Positions 50,370 to 63,260 of a stretch of 64,000 nt of DNA are shown here, piece after piece. Source of the DNA: Phoronis australis (lineage: Eukaryota > Animalia > Phoronida); contig NMRA01000103.1 of the NCBI GenBank assembly GCA_002633005.1, forward strand, positions 158,690-222,689, read 5' to 3'. A program made the translations under genes and the position numbers. Numbering within the stretch: position 1 is the stretch's first letter; every line of letters begins with the position of its first letter. Below the pieces are notes generated by a model. That model searched no databases. It had not been told where the DNA came from and saw only the letters and a list, made by a program, of their open reading frames with translations.

Positions 50370-52249
50370 GCTGACTGACTAGTAAATGAAAGCAAACGAC
50401 GACGGAACTTAACACAACCGAGGTAGAACAATGACTGACTCGGCAGCTCTCACAGTCAGACTATATGAAAAGAAATTGGCGCGAAATGCTTGCCTGCTAA
50501 AACGTCACTTCCGGAGTAGCGGACGAGTAATTAACAAAATTACGAAAAGCTGTAATTAAGTAGAAAATATGTCTAGGATAACCAACCAACCTTATTTTAG
50601 CTCAAAATGACATGAAAAAAAGGTTGCCTTCGCCTTTAAAAGGGCCGTTGGTTGTAGCTGTAGCGTGAAATGGTTCTTAAAAGAACCGTTGAATAATTCA
50701 ACATAAATCACACAGTATACCATGCTCACTCAAGTACTAAAGGCCCTCTTCATTCAAGTTTTCATCTGGGAAGGTTGGATGAAAACAGAGGAGATGACAA
50801 TATCGATGACAGTTGTAACACCTTATATATATGTTACCGTTCTCCAACGTTATCACGAACCCTGCCTATTTCAGTTCTTGTTCCTGCATTCAGAAGTAGC
50901 CCTGAACCATAGGGAAAAAGGACATACTACGAAAACGAATCAAATTTTGACAATCATCGCCTTCGTGCGATTCTGTGTTGCTGTCGCCACACTGATGTGC
51001 CTCCCCAACATCAATGTCGAAAATCGACGTTACAAGTGATGGAAACTTGTGTCCTTTGTTTCTGTACTGATTTTGTCTAACGTTGATAAAGCATAACTTT
51101 TGGTTTTTACAATGCATTAATTGTGATTAATTCATTCATATTAGGTGGCTTCATTGAGTTGAACAAAAATAAACTAATTGTAATTCAATAAAGTTTTGAA
51201 AATAAATAGAACAGTAAAACAGGACTCCGAAAACTTTACGCCATTGGTGATCTGATTGGTTCATGCATTTACGGCGGGAAAATAATAGACCAAGTATCGT
51301 GCACGTGTACACTGTAGCAACACTTTGTATCTTATTCTTATTTGGCCAATCTGTTGATACAGTAAATTTCCTTATTTATGCCCATCCTGATTTGACTGCA
51401 AATTGACCTTGCTGGGTTCTATCATACATTGGGTTGGCATTGGGACTCACATGATGCTTACTCGAATGGGCTTCATTTATCAAGTATTTCAAATTGAGGT
51501 GAAGTAAATAAACAAAGTGGGTGATTATCATCACCAGAATTTCATCATTAGTATCTTTTGCCGGGTACTCAACTTCTCTGAGACTGGGGATTGTCAGATT
51601 TGTAAGGTAGAAGTGTTTCGCTGGATTTCCAGGTCTGTGGCATTATTTATACAGGACCAAAATTAAAAAAACAGACCTTTGTTTAAATCAGGAGCTGCAT
51701 GATACACATTTATTAGACGTGCGCAGGCATTGCACTGATCACTTGGAACCATTTTATTGTTTATTAATATATAGTTAAAGCAAGCTGAGGAGCTTGAAAC
51801 CTGATTCACTGCAATTTTAGGCAGTGGCATTTTCTGAAGAATGCTCGTAAGTTGACAACAAAGTTTGATAGCAATGCACTGCAGTTTTGTAGAAACTCTG
51901 TTCATAGGTTACAGATGCGTCTCAGAGCATAACTTTGATGAATTCTTGCTTACGATTTCACCTGTTTCGGAGACCGGGTTTCAACCACTTTTGGGCTATA
52001 ATAAGCGCCCCCTTCCTGAAGCGGATTTTTCAAGCACCCTGGCCACTTATTAGGGTGCATACGGTAATATTTCAGAGGGGCAATACTTAGTGTCCTTTAT
52101 GCACGTGACCCTTTTGTTACATTAGGAGTGGGATTGGCTCATTATGTACCCTACAGGTGGCATAGGACTTTACAAAACTGGTTGAAGAATTTTGTTTTCG
52201 TCATAAACGTTTGTTTGAAAGGGTTAAGTTTAGAAATGTTAGGACTTAA

Positions 52250-53626
52250 AAGGGAACTGTATTTTATTCTGAGTAAATTTTGAATAGTTTTCCATGAATT
52301 GTTGATTAATTTCTCAAATAATTCAACAACAAAAATCAAACTAATATTCTTTAACGAAGCTCAAAAAATTTCCGGCTTGGAGCGCTGCTTAGTCTCGTGG
52401 CGTATTTAGCGGGGGCAGTCACTGTCCTATGTTAGCGTGCAATCAAGTAGCGTTTTTCATATTGTCAGAATGAGAAATTTTAGTGTGAAATGTCGGGTCA
52501 CCAGGGATAATGTACCTGTTTGAGACGAGGCAACACAAAGTGATACCCAGTCATCGTCATCGTCAGACGAAAATTTGCCGGTGCAACCAGTCCGTATCAA
52601 CAATTTACTCTAGTGTGACTGTGCCGTGGGCAATGTGGACTCTAGCCAGCCAGTTAGCATGCTGTCAGCCAATACTCAGCGCTGTTAACTTGAAGGGTTG
52701 GTAAGTGGAATACAATCAAATCAACGTCATTTTGTAGCATAATTTGCCGCCTTTTTAACAAAGAAGTGCGTCGTCCGTTCAAAAACAGCACGCTCGTGAT
52801 ACTAAAAATTTGAGACGTCTTTCGGGAAATGATGACAGCTTCGCAGCACCAAGGTTGCTCTAAAATTCATTTTATTGTTATAAAAGTACTGAAACAATTT
52901 CCTATAATTTATTATAACATGTACGCAACCTAGGTAATACCGTCCGCGACGAACACTTGATAAAAGAATCCGGGGGAAAAGAAACTGGTAAAGGTCAATT
53001 GACGTAATCGCAAAAAGCCGACTCAAGAGAAAACATCACAATTTTAGCAGCAGCCGATGAACGATCGTTAACTTTTCCAACACCGGTAAATACTGAGAAG
53101 TTAGTTTGCTCTAGGAACCTGGTTCCCATGTTTACTCAAGGATGAGATTAGTTTTAATGATGTTAAGTCAGATTTTACTTTTTCCATTTTTACCCATATC
53201 GGCTCTCGAAAAGCTGGAGGCCTATATTTAGTAAATAGCTTTGGGCCAAGGCTAGGGTAACCCAGCGATGGTATGCGATGACCATCCCTTTAGAACACAC
53301 CTTTTTCGAAGGGTTTGAGCAAGCAGGTGCCATACAAAAAGGCATAGCGAACCTTTTACAGCACTGTGGCAAACAATAAAATAAGGACGATTGATAAATT
53401 ACGATGTAAACTCTTCAAAATATGACAAGCAATGAATGTGTAAAGCAGCCTATGCCCCGCCATTTACGTCACTGACACATCAGCCAATCAGCGATTGCTT
53501 TCAGAATTAGTGTAGTAACCATGAATACGAATCGGCTTTTGTTTGGCACGCAAGTCAGGCAAATATGAGTTTTATTTGCATGTTAGAACCGATTAACTGC
53601 AACATTATTTTGACTACAGTCCCCTT
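52250..53626 (-). mobile_element. Kolobok-like non-autonomous element (1.38 kb) nested in P-like copy 2
   Basis: TIR AAGGG(A/G)ACTGTA, TTAA TSD; empty site CCGCTTTAAGTCC at 33181-33193 in copy 1. Confidence 0.88.
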
Positions 53627-54062
53627 TTAAGGCGGAAATTGAAAAAAAAAAAACATGTCCGCTTACAAAAAATTAACATGAAGAATAAAAACAACCTTTG
53701 CACTCCACTGGTGTTCCAGCTCCATGTTTTCAAAGAAGTTGCATTGTCATAGACTGCAGTCGAGAGATTTTGTGCGGCATATATTCGACATGAAATGAGT
53801 GTGTAACCTTCTGTTGAATTGCGAGATGGATTTTGACTGGTCCGGGTGATTATTTATGAAGCATTAATGTAATCTTTATTGATGTTAAAGGTTTTAGCAG
53901 CGCTCTATTTATTTGTACACGAATGTGAATTTGTTGGAATCGCTGATCCAAATCCTGGCCAAATATGCGCATTCTGCTGAGACCAAACTTTACCAGATAG
54001 TTTTCATAAAAACAGAGAAAACAAAATTGATTTGTGAAGACAGGATTAAGTAGTAGAGTCTC

Positions 54063-54257
54063 TTAAAAACATTCATCTTCGAAGTGCCTTGAACAAATGT
54101 ATAAAGTCTTATTGCTGAAACAACTGCCATTCACGTTGACACAAGAAGTAAGGTTTTCTTCCCACACCCGATTATGGGGTCTTCGGATGGTACGGAAGCT
54201 AGTTCCTTTGCATTTCGCGTGTGTGGCCGAACAACCGGCCACACAGTAGCCGACCAT
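54063..54257 (-). pseudogene. THAP domain ORF remnant in P-like copy 2
   Basis: MVGYCVAGC...ICSRHFEDECF; paralogue of 32458-32658. Confidence 0.8.
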
Positions 54258-57200
54258 GTTTAGCAGACGACGTACTTGCCGGAAATTGCACCAGAAAATT
54301 TAGCCAGGTGTCGTCACTGAATAATGACGTAAGGGCCCGTGCGTAAGCGCACAGATTTCGTCCATTCAATGTATACGGAGTTCGCGGTCCATGTACTATA
54401 GTCTATGGTTGCAAAAAGCGGCAAAATTCTGCTAGAAAATGATGTTTATTTGAACGTTTACCTCTTGAACGGCTGCACCGAACAGGGCGAGTGTAGTTTG
54501 ACTACCAGATTTTGCATGCGCCCTCGCCGGTCGTTTGCTCCACATGTTGATGTAAACGACGAGGTGACGAGCATAACTACCCGCGTAGTCAACGAACTGT
54601 GTGAAATTTCGGAGTCAACTGGAGCTCAATTACGGCGATGCGATGGTCGTCATACAGGTGTAGTCGGTAACCAACCAACAAAGCTGCCAGCATTAGCTGG
54701 CTGTTAGCAAGCTGGCGAGAGTCAGCACAGTTTACAGTCACACGATTGCATATTGTAGCCACGGGCTGGTTGCAGCGGAATATTTTTTTAGCCTGACGAC
54801 GATGACGACTGGTATCACTCTATGTTGCTTCGGCTGAAAAAGTTATCCTGGTGACCTGACAAAATTGTCTGATTCTGACAATTTGAAGAACGCCCCTTGA
54901 CTGCACGCTACAATAAGGCTCTGATTTTACCCCACCAAATAAGTCACGACAAGCAGGGCTCCAAGCGGGTGATTGTGGAACTCTTTGAACCAAAGTTTTC
55001 AGTGCCGTTGGAAAATATAAATTTACTTTTTGCTGTAGAATTCTTAATCATCCGGCCAGAAATACTAAATATTTGTGAATGCCAAGTCTAAAGGTGACAT
55101 TACAATTAGCATTTGACGATATCAACAAAATGCCAATTCTGACAAAGGTCCGTCAAGGGACGCCGGAGACGAGGAAAGAAAATGTCGAAACACTATTGAG
55201 TGACAAACGTGTAGCACTAGCATATTACATGTAAGTGCTGAGAAGTGAATGAAGAACTTTGAAGAGAGATTGACAAAGAAATTAAGAGCAGTATGAACCA
55301 CGACCCTACACCCATGGCAACAACGTCAAAACAAAATTGCACTGAGGAATTAGTCAATAAAGGGCAATAATCCAATCAGAAAATGCCAAGTAAGCTGAGA
55401 ACTAGAATTCGTAGCATGAAACCACAGTTCAGAGAGTCCTTGTTGAGATCTATCAATATGTAATTCAAACAGTCGCAAATGCGAGACCTGTGCAAGCGAT
55501 TTGTTAAGAAACACTTCTACAGCGTAAACTTGTATCCGATTTTGCCTAAAATAAAAGCCTTCAAAAATGTCACAAGATACGCGACTGGTGTAAATTTCAT
55601 GAAGATTTGTCAAAAATGAGACCTTAAGCGCGAGTGACGTAGACCAACTGAATAGCAACGAAGGTTTGGCCAATAAAGGAGCTGGTATATGACCAATCAA
55701 TCTGAATAACTCGAAAACTGTAAAGCTGGAGCGAGAAACGAATGTCAAAATGTACATGTAGACTGAGCTCTTGCGAGATATACCCAAGTGCCAAATTTCA
55801 GAGCGATCAGTTTATTGACGAAGAGTATACGGCACTGAAACTCTATTTAAGAGCATCCGGAGAACCGCAAGTGGTAGATATACATAAACCCCACTGATAA
55901 GAAGCACACTTAAATCCGTAATTTAATGTAAACCAAACGCAAAACGCACCATACAACTGGGTGTAAATTTTTATCGGATTCGAGTATGGATATGATCCAT
56001 ACAGCGGCGGCAAACGGTATTTAATCAATGACATGAACATTTAAAACACGAGGGCTGGTTTGAAAATTCTCAAATGGTAGATCCCGTTATAAAGTTCCAC
56101 AAGTACGGGTGTCACTCATTTTGACAAATACTCCTCGAATGTATTACATACCGTTAAGAAAATCGCAAGTAACCTGTAGCTTAAAGTTGATTAGACGAAA
56201 ATGCAATCTCTTGCACTAGCAATATAATAGGCCAACAAGGTGCAGCTTGAAATAAATCAATAAAAGAACTGTAAACTAAACAGGAATTCTCAAACACCAC
56301 AAGTGCGGTACAATGTAACGAGTGATGGGTCTTCCAAGATCATAGCGGTTGAAAAGATATATCCGCTTGCAAAAATTTAGATAGATCCGTCAAGGAGTAG
56401 CTTCCAACTGAAAATCTCAAATAACGAAATAACTGTAACATTTAAAGAAAAACAATCCCGATAGCCTGTTATGATCTATACACAGAAAAAAACAGAAAAA
56501 AAACTTCCAGAAGTATCGCTTAGCTTACAGCTTGGCAAGTCAAAACTGAATTATGAACGCCACAACAATTAAAAACATAGACGTCGGAGCACATGTTCTA
56601 TGTAAATTCAACGTTGATTGGCTACAAAATGCAACCTGTATCGTGTGAACAAAGAAATAGACAAAGCAAATTTTGGAGAAATTATGTAAGCGACACTCAA
56701 TTAGCATTCACCGGCAGACTGAAACACAGCTTCGAAATTGCTTCGGCACCGTCTATGAAAAATCCGGATCTGTATGAAGGTCGTCTGCCATGAACGTTTT
56801 TCTTTGCAAGTCACTACTCAAAGGAAGTTTAATACGATAAAGTGAAAGAAGGTATTTAAAAATTTGTTTGGTGTTGATTTCGTTAAGTTCCATGAACACT
56901 TGAGTAGAAAATACTGAGCAAACCAATTTTGTAAGTCCAACCATTATGTTTAATTATGTAGCCCAGTGAGTGACCTCATTGGTGATCGAGGAACAGATAA
57001 ACTCAAGTGTCTGGTTTGTATTTGCCAGTTTCGCGCCAGCATGACTCTATGATAACAAAGAATATTTCTAGCTAAGCAAATGAAAATAGCTCCTGAGCAT
57101 CAGTTTTTATGAAACACCTGCTAGTATATAAAAATTGAGAACATTGCGAGGCTGAGACACAGACTCTAAGGGTGTTTGCCTTGGGGGCACGGTTCCTCTT

Positions 57201-57625
57201 TGATTGAATTTTTTGTTTATTTGTGTAACTCTTTTTAAGGCTTTCTCCATAGAATTAGTTAAGTACAGAGTTTACATAGTTGATCTAGGGATGAAGTGAA
57301 CTTAAAAGTTTGCTTCTGTAATCTGTTGCTCCCATGCAAAGCTCCTTTACTTAAGTTTGAATTCGACCTCCGAAACTGTGCTGTGGGGCTTTAAAGATGG
57401 TTATGAACTTCCATCTATTTTTTATGTGCCCATTTTACATGTTCAATCTCATTTTAGTTGTTTCACAACGAAACTCCAAATGCCCAAATATCAAAATCCA
57501 AAACAACGTTGGCTATTGGTTATCTCATCAAACGTAAACAAACCCCGATTTGTTGCTGTGTGTACTTCTTTGACAACATTGCTGACTTTGTGCACGCGCG
57601 GCATCGTTCAATAGAAGGGGCACTC

Positions 57626-57874
57626 AGCCTCAAATGGCTATACCCATAAGCGGTATCTTGAGGCTTGGTTATGGGAACTACTTTTTGCACAACGATTGAC
57701 AGATGCCTTGACGACATTGAAGAAAGGCAGATGTGAATTATTTTCACATTGCAGCCATGAGACAGAAGACATTGTTATTGTCTAAAATCGAGGTTTTACT
57801 TATTTTTAATTCTTATTTTTTCCCATAACCAAGCCTCAAATGGCTAAACCCATAAGCGCTATCTTGAGGCTTGG
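57626..57874. repeat. Two 43-bp direct repeats, each self-complementary, overlapping a 20-bp inverted repeat pair
   Basis: AGCCTCAAATGGCTA(T/A)ACCCATAAGCG(G/C)TATCTTGAGGCTTGG at 57626 and 57832; perfect IR 57658-57677 / 57820-57839. Confidence 0.85.
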
Positions 57875-60800
57875 GGACAAAGTCGAAAAGGTCACTTGCG
57901 TCAATAGTCTCCTGCACAGACCCTCGAGGTTGGTTGGGGTCTGCTACAGCGCACTTTTCCGTATGCATTTTTGGAATATCATTGGCTGTTCCGATTTAAA
58001 GAAACAAGGCATTCTATTGGGCAATTGAACAATAGGTCAAACTAGTTCACCAACATGGCGACTTCCAGTACGGGAAGAATGTCGATGGATGTATAGCTGT
58101 TTAAATCTCTCTGTTCTCGTCAAACTCCCGCATTTCAAAGCTAACGAGTCAAGGAATACATCAGCAGCAACGTATACGAAACATTTAATGATAATTATTA
58201 TCTTGTATACTGTGCTGTATTATGAAGTGATGGGATTTTACGAAATAATTTGTGGAAGAGATAGGCTGATTAGGGGTTGAGGCCATTCACAACAACAGTC
58301 ATTTTAGGCATACTATAGCACCGAATAGCGGGAAAAGAGTAGCTAAGTACGTCGTGGCCACGGGAGATTGCCTCGATCTTTTCAGGGCACACCCTCTCGT
58401 ATGTTAACATGTTTATATACGTTATGTAAACTCCCGTGATTACCGTGAAGGTTGAATTATTGGGTTTGATAAGGATATGTGCTGATGTACTGCTATTCAT
58501 GACATTGACATTGTCATTGTAATGTATAGTACACTGGCACACTTGTCACTACCCACAGAAGTTAGGAGCATAAAAATACAGTCAATGGTCCTAGACACTC
58601 AAACATTAACCAGTCTAGCAATAGTTTTATAATGACTGACATCGCTTTTGTCGGTGCCATTCAGCAGTGCCTCTGTCTCTGACTACCATCCTACAGTCAT
58701 ACAGAGTATTCAATTATTTCAGAGGGTGTTTGCTGCTGTGAAATTAGGATTAAACACACTCTTTTGTATACTCAGCAAGATAAAACCTCACCCTTTTTTG
58801 AGTTGGCACAGTGATTAAAACTGACCCATTTTGGTGAGAGCTTCAAAGGAATAGTCAAGTTTTCTGATAACATAATTACGCAAAGTTATTATTTAAGGGG
58901 AATTGAATTTCAGCAAAAAGCTCTCTGGGTTGTATTCTTTTTAAAACAACAAACCTCAGTTGCATATGAAACCTTCAGTGGTTTTGGTGCTAAAGTGGAT
59001 CATTTTGTACAGACCAAAAAGTAAATATTTTTGTGTGGAATTTATTTTGAAATTCACCCTTTCATGGTGACTTTTGCAATTCCCGAGTCACTGGTCTGAG
59101 TGTCACATTTGGTCATATGAAATATATGCAAGTCCCCTCTGTCCTGGACCCCGACTGGTCGTCTGTTTCATTTTTTTCTTTCCACGTTCACATGATGTCA
59201 AGTGTTGCAGAGTTTGCAATAATCATCTATTAATATCAGTCTAATTGCAAAACAAGATATCAGAACCTTTCTAAAACATTCTGAAACTACTAAGGTTCGC
59301 TGTAATCAAAGCATCCTGGAGTTAGACATTGTAAGCAAGCGAACTTTAAAAACCTGGTTCGTTAAAATGACTACTAGTTGCAAAAACATCTCTCATTTCA
59401 AAATTGGGAGCTCAGGGTACTTCAAAGATTTTAAGCTGGGTCACTAAACCCAAATTGACAGTTTCTTGTGCGTTACTTGGATTGGATTGTTATCCAGGCA
59501 ATAGTCACTCACTGGCAATCCAAATTTTGAGAACAAGTTTTAACATCTGCTATTCAGTGAAAAATAGTTTCCTGTTATACAGTAGAAAACACTGGTTCTC
59601 AAAGTGGGGGTATGTTACTATTACCTTTATGTTTTGCTCAGTGTTTTGAGCAACATGCTAGTGTTTCATTCTTGTGATCTACATAATACAGCATTGATTT
59701 TAGTCAACATTTCGGTCTTTTCGAACAGTTTTTCAAAATTACAAATTTTGACTCTTATTGAGGGGGCCTCCTCGTGGCAAGAATTGGGCAGTGTGAAATG
59801 CTTCAGAACATTCACACTGGCAAATATCCTCACGTTGACATCATTAATGTGTTCCTAGAAATAGCATACCCATAAGCTACAAAACACACAACATGCCAAG
59901 AAATTTATCTAACCATTGGGAACATTATTTTGCTGGTGTATTGATTAGAAATATGGTTTAGTTTAGCGATAGACTGAAGTACTAAGTCTGGGCATTAACA
60001 TAGCCGTGGGTGCACAACAGGGCTATCCCCTCCTCATTGTAAACCCTTCCCCTGATAGAAACTCATTTGTTCTTGCCTAGCTTCCATGTCCCTGTCCCCT
60101 GTTCATGCAGTGCTTCCAAGTTGCCTCACATTACAGTCATTGGTTGCCAACAATTTCAAGTTTAGCAACCTGTTGAATAATTCTGACTACACCAGTGTTG
60201 CTATGGGAAAAGGTTACTAAAGACCCGACTGCCATTCAAGTTGCACATTCCCTGCCTTGTGAAAGCATAAACCATTATGAAATGAACACCTGGGCCCTGG
60301 TTTCCAACTTTTTACTCAGGATTATTTTTGTTATTTTCTATTCTAGTTTTGTTTGAATTTGAGATAAGTTTCTTTTATTCTATGTGCTTATTGATGGCAA
60401 TAATGAATCTAGCATTAGAGCTAAGAGCTCGAGTAAGAGGTTTTGCTAGAAATCTTGAGTTTTTACTCAAATTTTAGCTCGAATCTAGTGGTCATTAAGT
60501 ACTATCTTGATCTCCCAAGAAAGTGGACTACAAGTGACAAAAACAATTTCGAGTTCGATTTGGATTGAAAGTTTCACTCTAGAGGTGTATTCCCAAAACG
60601 TGATCGCATAATCCCTTTTCAGGATTTTAAATCAATCCATACAAGACTGGGCTGAAATCTGTTTAGCCCAAAAAGCATTTAAATACAATGTGGATAATAA
60701 TAAAACATCTGCACTAAACTGTGTTGAAAAAATGAACCCCTTTGAAGTTCCTTATCCACAAATTGTACCATTTTTCTAGCTGCTATTAACCCAACCTCTT

Positions 60801-62640
60801 TTTAGAATCGTCATGTAACAATATAAGATTGGTCTGGCACAAAAAATGTTGTTTTTGGCCAAATTAACAGCAAAAATCACAAGCACTCACATGAAGATTG
60901 GCATTGGATTTGGATACTAGTGTCTTATGTCACTATTCACGTGTGCGCTCGTGTTTAGACTCTTGATCTCGTACTGTTCCTTACTGAGATCACATGTGGT
61001 ATATTGGCTTCGCTTGAACTGATAGCTTGTTATTGCTGAAGACCTGGTTCAATAACTATGGCTTTGAGCAATAAGAAAGTTTGAATTCTTCCAAGTCCAC
61101 TAAGGAACAAGTTGAGACAGGGATATATACAGGGCTTTGAATTTCCTTTTTTTGTTTTTATTTCCTCTTATTCGATTTCCAGCTTCTTTTTTATCATCAT
61201 TTTTTGCTTAACTTGATTCATGCAAAAACATGTATTTCACTTTAATTTTACAACACAAAAATATTTCTATCACACAAGCCTATTTGTGAAATGATAGATC
61301 ACCTGAATAATTTTCCTCTTATAATCATTCCAATTCCTGTATACAGTGGTAAGTTGTTAAGATCAAAATTTATTCTTTTTCACATAAGACGCATTTATAG
61401 CAACTTTAAGGGATTTAATTCGAAGGAAATCTGGAACCTAGAAGACACTTTCTGATAAGGGCATTCTGAAATAACAATTGTGCTTGTATTTTCCAAGATG
61501 TTCAACACACATTGTTAGGTATAGGGATAGGGTTCATTCCACCATCCTTGGGCTTTCAGAATACCCTCCTAAAACCATTCCACAGGTTTATACAAGAGAC
61601 GGCACTAAACTGGGTGATTTTTCTAGAAAAATTTCTCTTCAAAATGGTGCTTGAAAAAAATCCCTACCAAAGCAAACTTTTTCCCATGAATACAACGGGT
61701 TTCACTCTGGAAGTTAAAAACACTGCAAATGGTACCTTTTTCCTACTGCAAAAGGGGTTTTAATACGATGAACCTGTATTTTTAAAACCTTGGACACCAT
61801 GCTCAGTTTTGACAACAGGAATCTCTGAGCCGTCCTCTTCAAGCTTAATGGGTGAAAAAGACAGCTGTCAAATAATTACTATGAATGGATTCAGTTGTTA
61901 CCATTAGCTCTTATAAAAAGATTGTGCATTTGAAACATTAGGCTACAATTTTATTGAATGGGTGGAGATTCTTCTAGTACCAGATATGCACACAACTAAA
62001 GGTTAGGGCCCATTTGGAACACCTCTCGGGTATTTTCGTACCTACAAATTTACCGTCGGAACATCTGGAGCACCTCGGCTATTTTCCTATTTGCATGTAC
62101 AAATTTTTCTTAGAAACACTTCAGGTATTTTCGTAGCCACAAATATCCTCTCTGAGGTGAATGTTATCCAAAATATGGCAAGTCATATGATTTTCAATCT
62201 TGACAATAATAGGCTAACTGAAGTCCGCACTCATGCAGAGAGCGTTCACATATTATGTGAAATTTGAGGTTACGAAAACACCCGAGGTGTTCTGGAGGCC
62301 CTTGGAAGTTAATGTTTTCAGTGCATGCTCGAACTTTATGGCCAACCATTCTCCACTAAGTTCGATAATCACGCAGGTTAAATTCACCTCCAATGAGAAG
62401 TTTGAGGCCCCGAAGATACCCAAGGTGATCTGAATGGCTTAGGACTCTCAAGTTGTGCGGGGTCCCACCTCAAAAAGGGAAATAAGGAAGAAAAAATTAG
62501 TATGCCAACGAGGTGAGAGGTGTAGCTTGAGAATTTTGGCTACCCGGAGGGTCGAAAATTGTGTTATTCTAGGAGGTGAAGACTGTGTAGACTGCAAAGT
62601 GGTGGAAATTGGGTGCCAGCAGTGTCTACTGTAACACTGT

Positions 62641-62847
62641 ACAAAGACGGATAGGGGGAAGGGGGGGGGTGCGGCAAGGGGGCCATGGCCCTGTCTAAAA
62701 TTCTCCCAGATTCCCGTTGGTAGTTTGGGGGTGCAAATGTCTGACGGCCAAAATACTCTGTCCTTGCTCCACCCCCCTCCCCCCTAACTCAAAATCCTGG
62801 ATCCTCCCCTGCTGTAAGATCTTAAAGCAGGGGAGGATCCAGGATTT
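62641..62847. mobile_element. MITE related to 13822-13977, ending in a 56-bp palindrome
   Basis: Homology to 13845-13977; palindrome at 62792-62847 with one mismatch. Confidence 0.7.
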
Positions 62848-63019
62848 CAGGATGTTTTCAATTCTTAAAAAGCGTTCGAAAATGAAACTGAAAAATGCCA
62901 AGTGAAACGAGTGAAGCCATTGTTAATTCAGGTTTGTTTTCCTAATACGTACTCGATAATTACATGATTTTACTTCAGTTATTTGGTAATATCACAACAT
63001 ATAAACAGCTACCTCACCA

Positions 63020-63260
63020 GAGAGTTCCCCCCGACCGCAAACGCGACGCAGTCGCAAAATAACTTTACTCTAGGGACACCTAGCGACCTGATAACGTAAT
63101 ACCGGATGTCAGCATGCGCAGAGCAAACTTCCTGGTTAAAAATTGCCAGCTGACAGCCAATGAAAACCATCGCTCTAGTGCGCTGTACCTGGGCCTTCAC
63201 AAGCAATCCGTGACGTCAGCTTGTGAGGCCCGGGAACCAGGATATTGCGTCAATTGCGTG
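63020..63260 (-). promoter_or_regulatory. Possible promoter and first exon of a minus-strand gene
   Basis: Locally CpG-rich; TGACGTCA (CRE) at 63211, CCAAT at 63157, CTG|gtgagg donor at 63019. Confidence 0.3.

Larger units (their letters stand above)
48944..50635. mobile_element. Young internally deleted Kolobok transposon
   Basis: About 158-bp TIRs starting AGGCGAAGGCAACC, TTAA TSD, empty site with a single TTAA near 36873 in copy 1; convergent THAP-transposase and KolX-like ORFs. Confidence 0.93.
48519..54407 (-). mobile_element. Non-autonomous P-superfamily-like element, copy 2, with two TTAA insertions
   Basis: Termini CATAGATTATAG...CTATAGTCTATG; flanks GTTGCAAC/GTTGCAAA; colinear with copy 1. 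Confidence 0.88.
47672..55087 (+). mobile_element. Old Kolobok-like non-autonomous copy split by P-like copy 2 (outer layer of the nest)
   Basis: 47672-48510 joined to 54416-55050 aligns with the reverse complement of 52250-53626; CTAA occurs at both ends; the right TIR is not recognisable. Confidence 0.65.

Noticed and set aside
9945-54407. One giant inverted segmental duplication explaining all inverted matches
   Set aside because: The inverted pairs (HINE, P-like, genes A/B) are not colinear and differ in divergence; the P-like copies have their own TSDs.
55090-56500. Purine-rich coding-like stretch, perhaps continuous with 47400-47670
   Set aside because: Many stops and no motif I can name; probably an old TE remnant, left unannotated.
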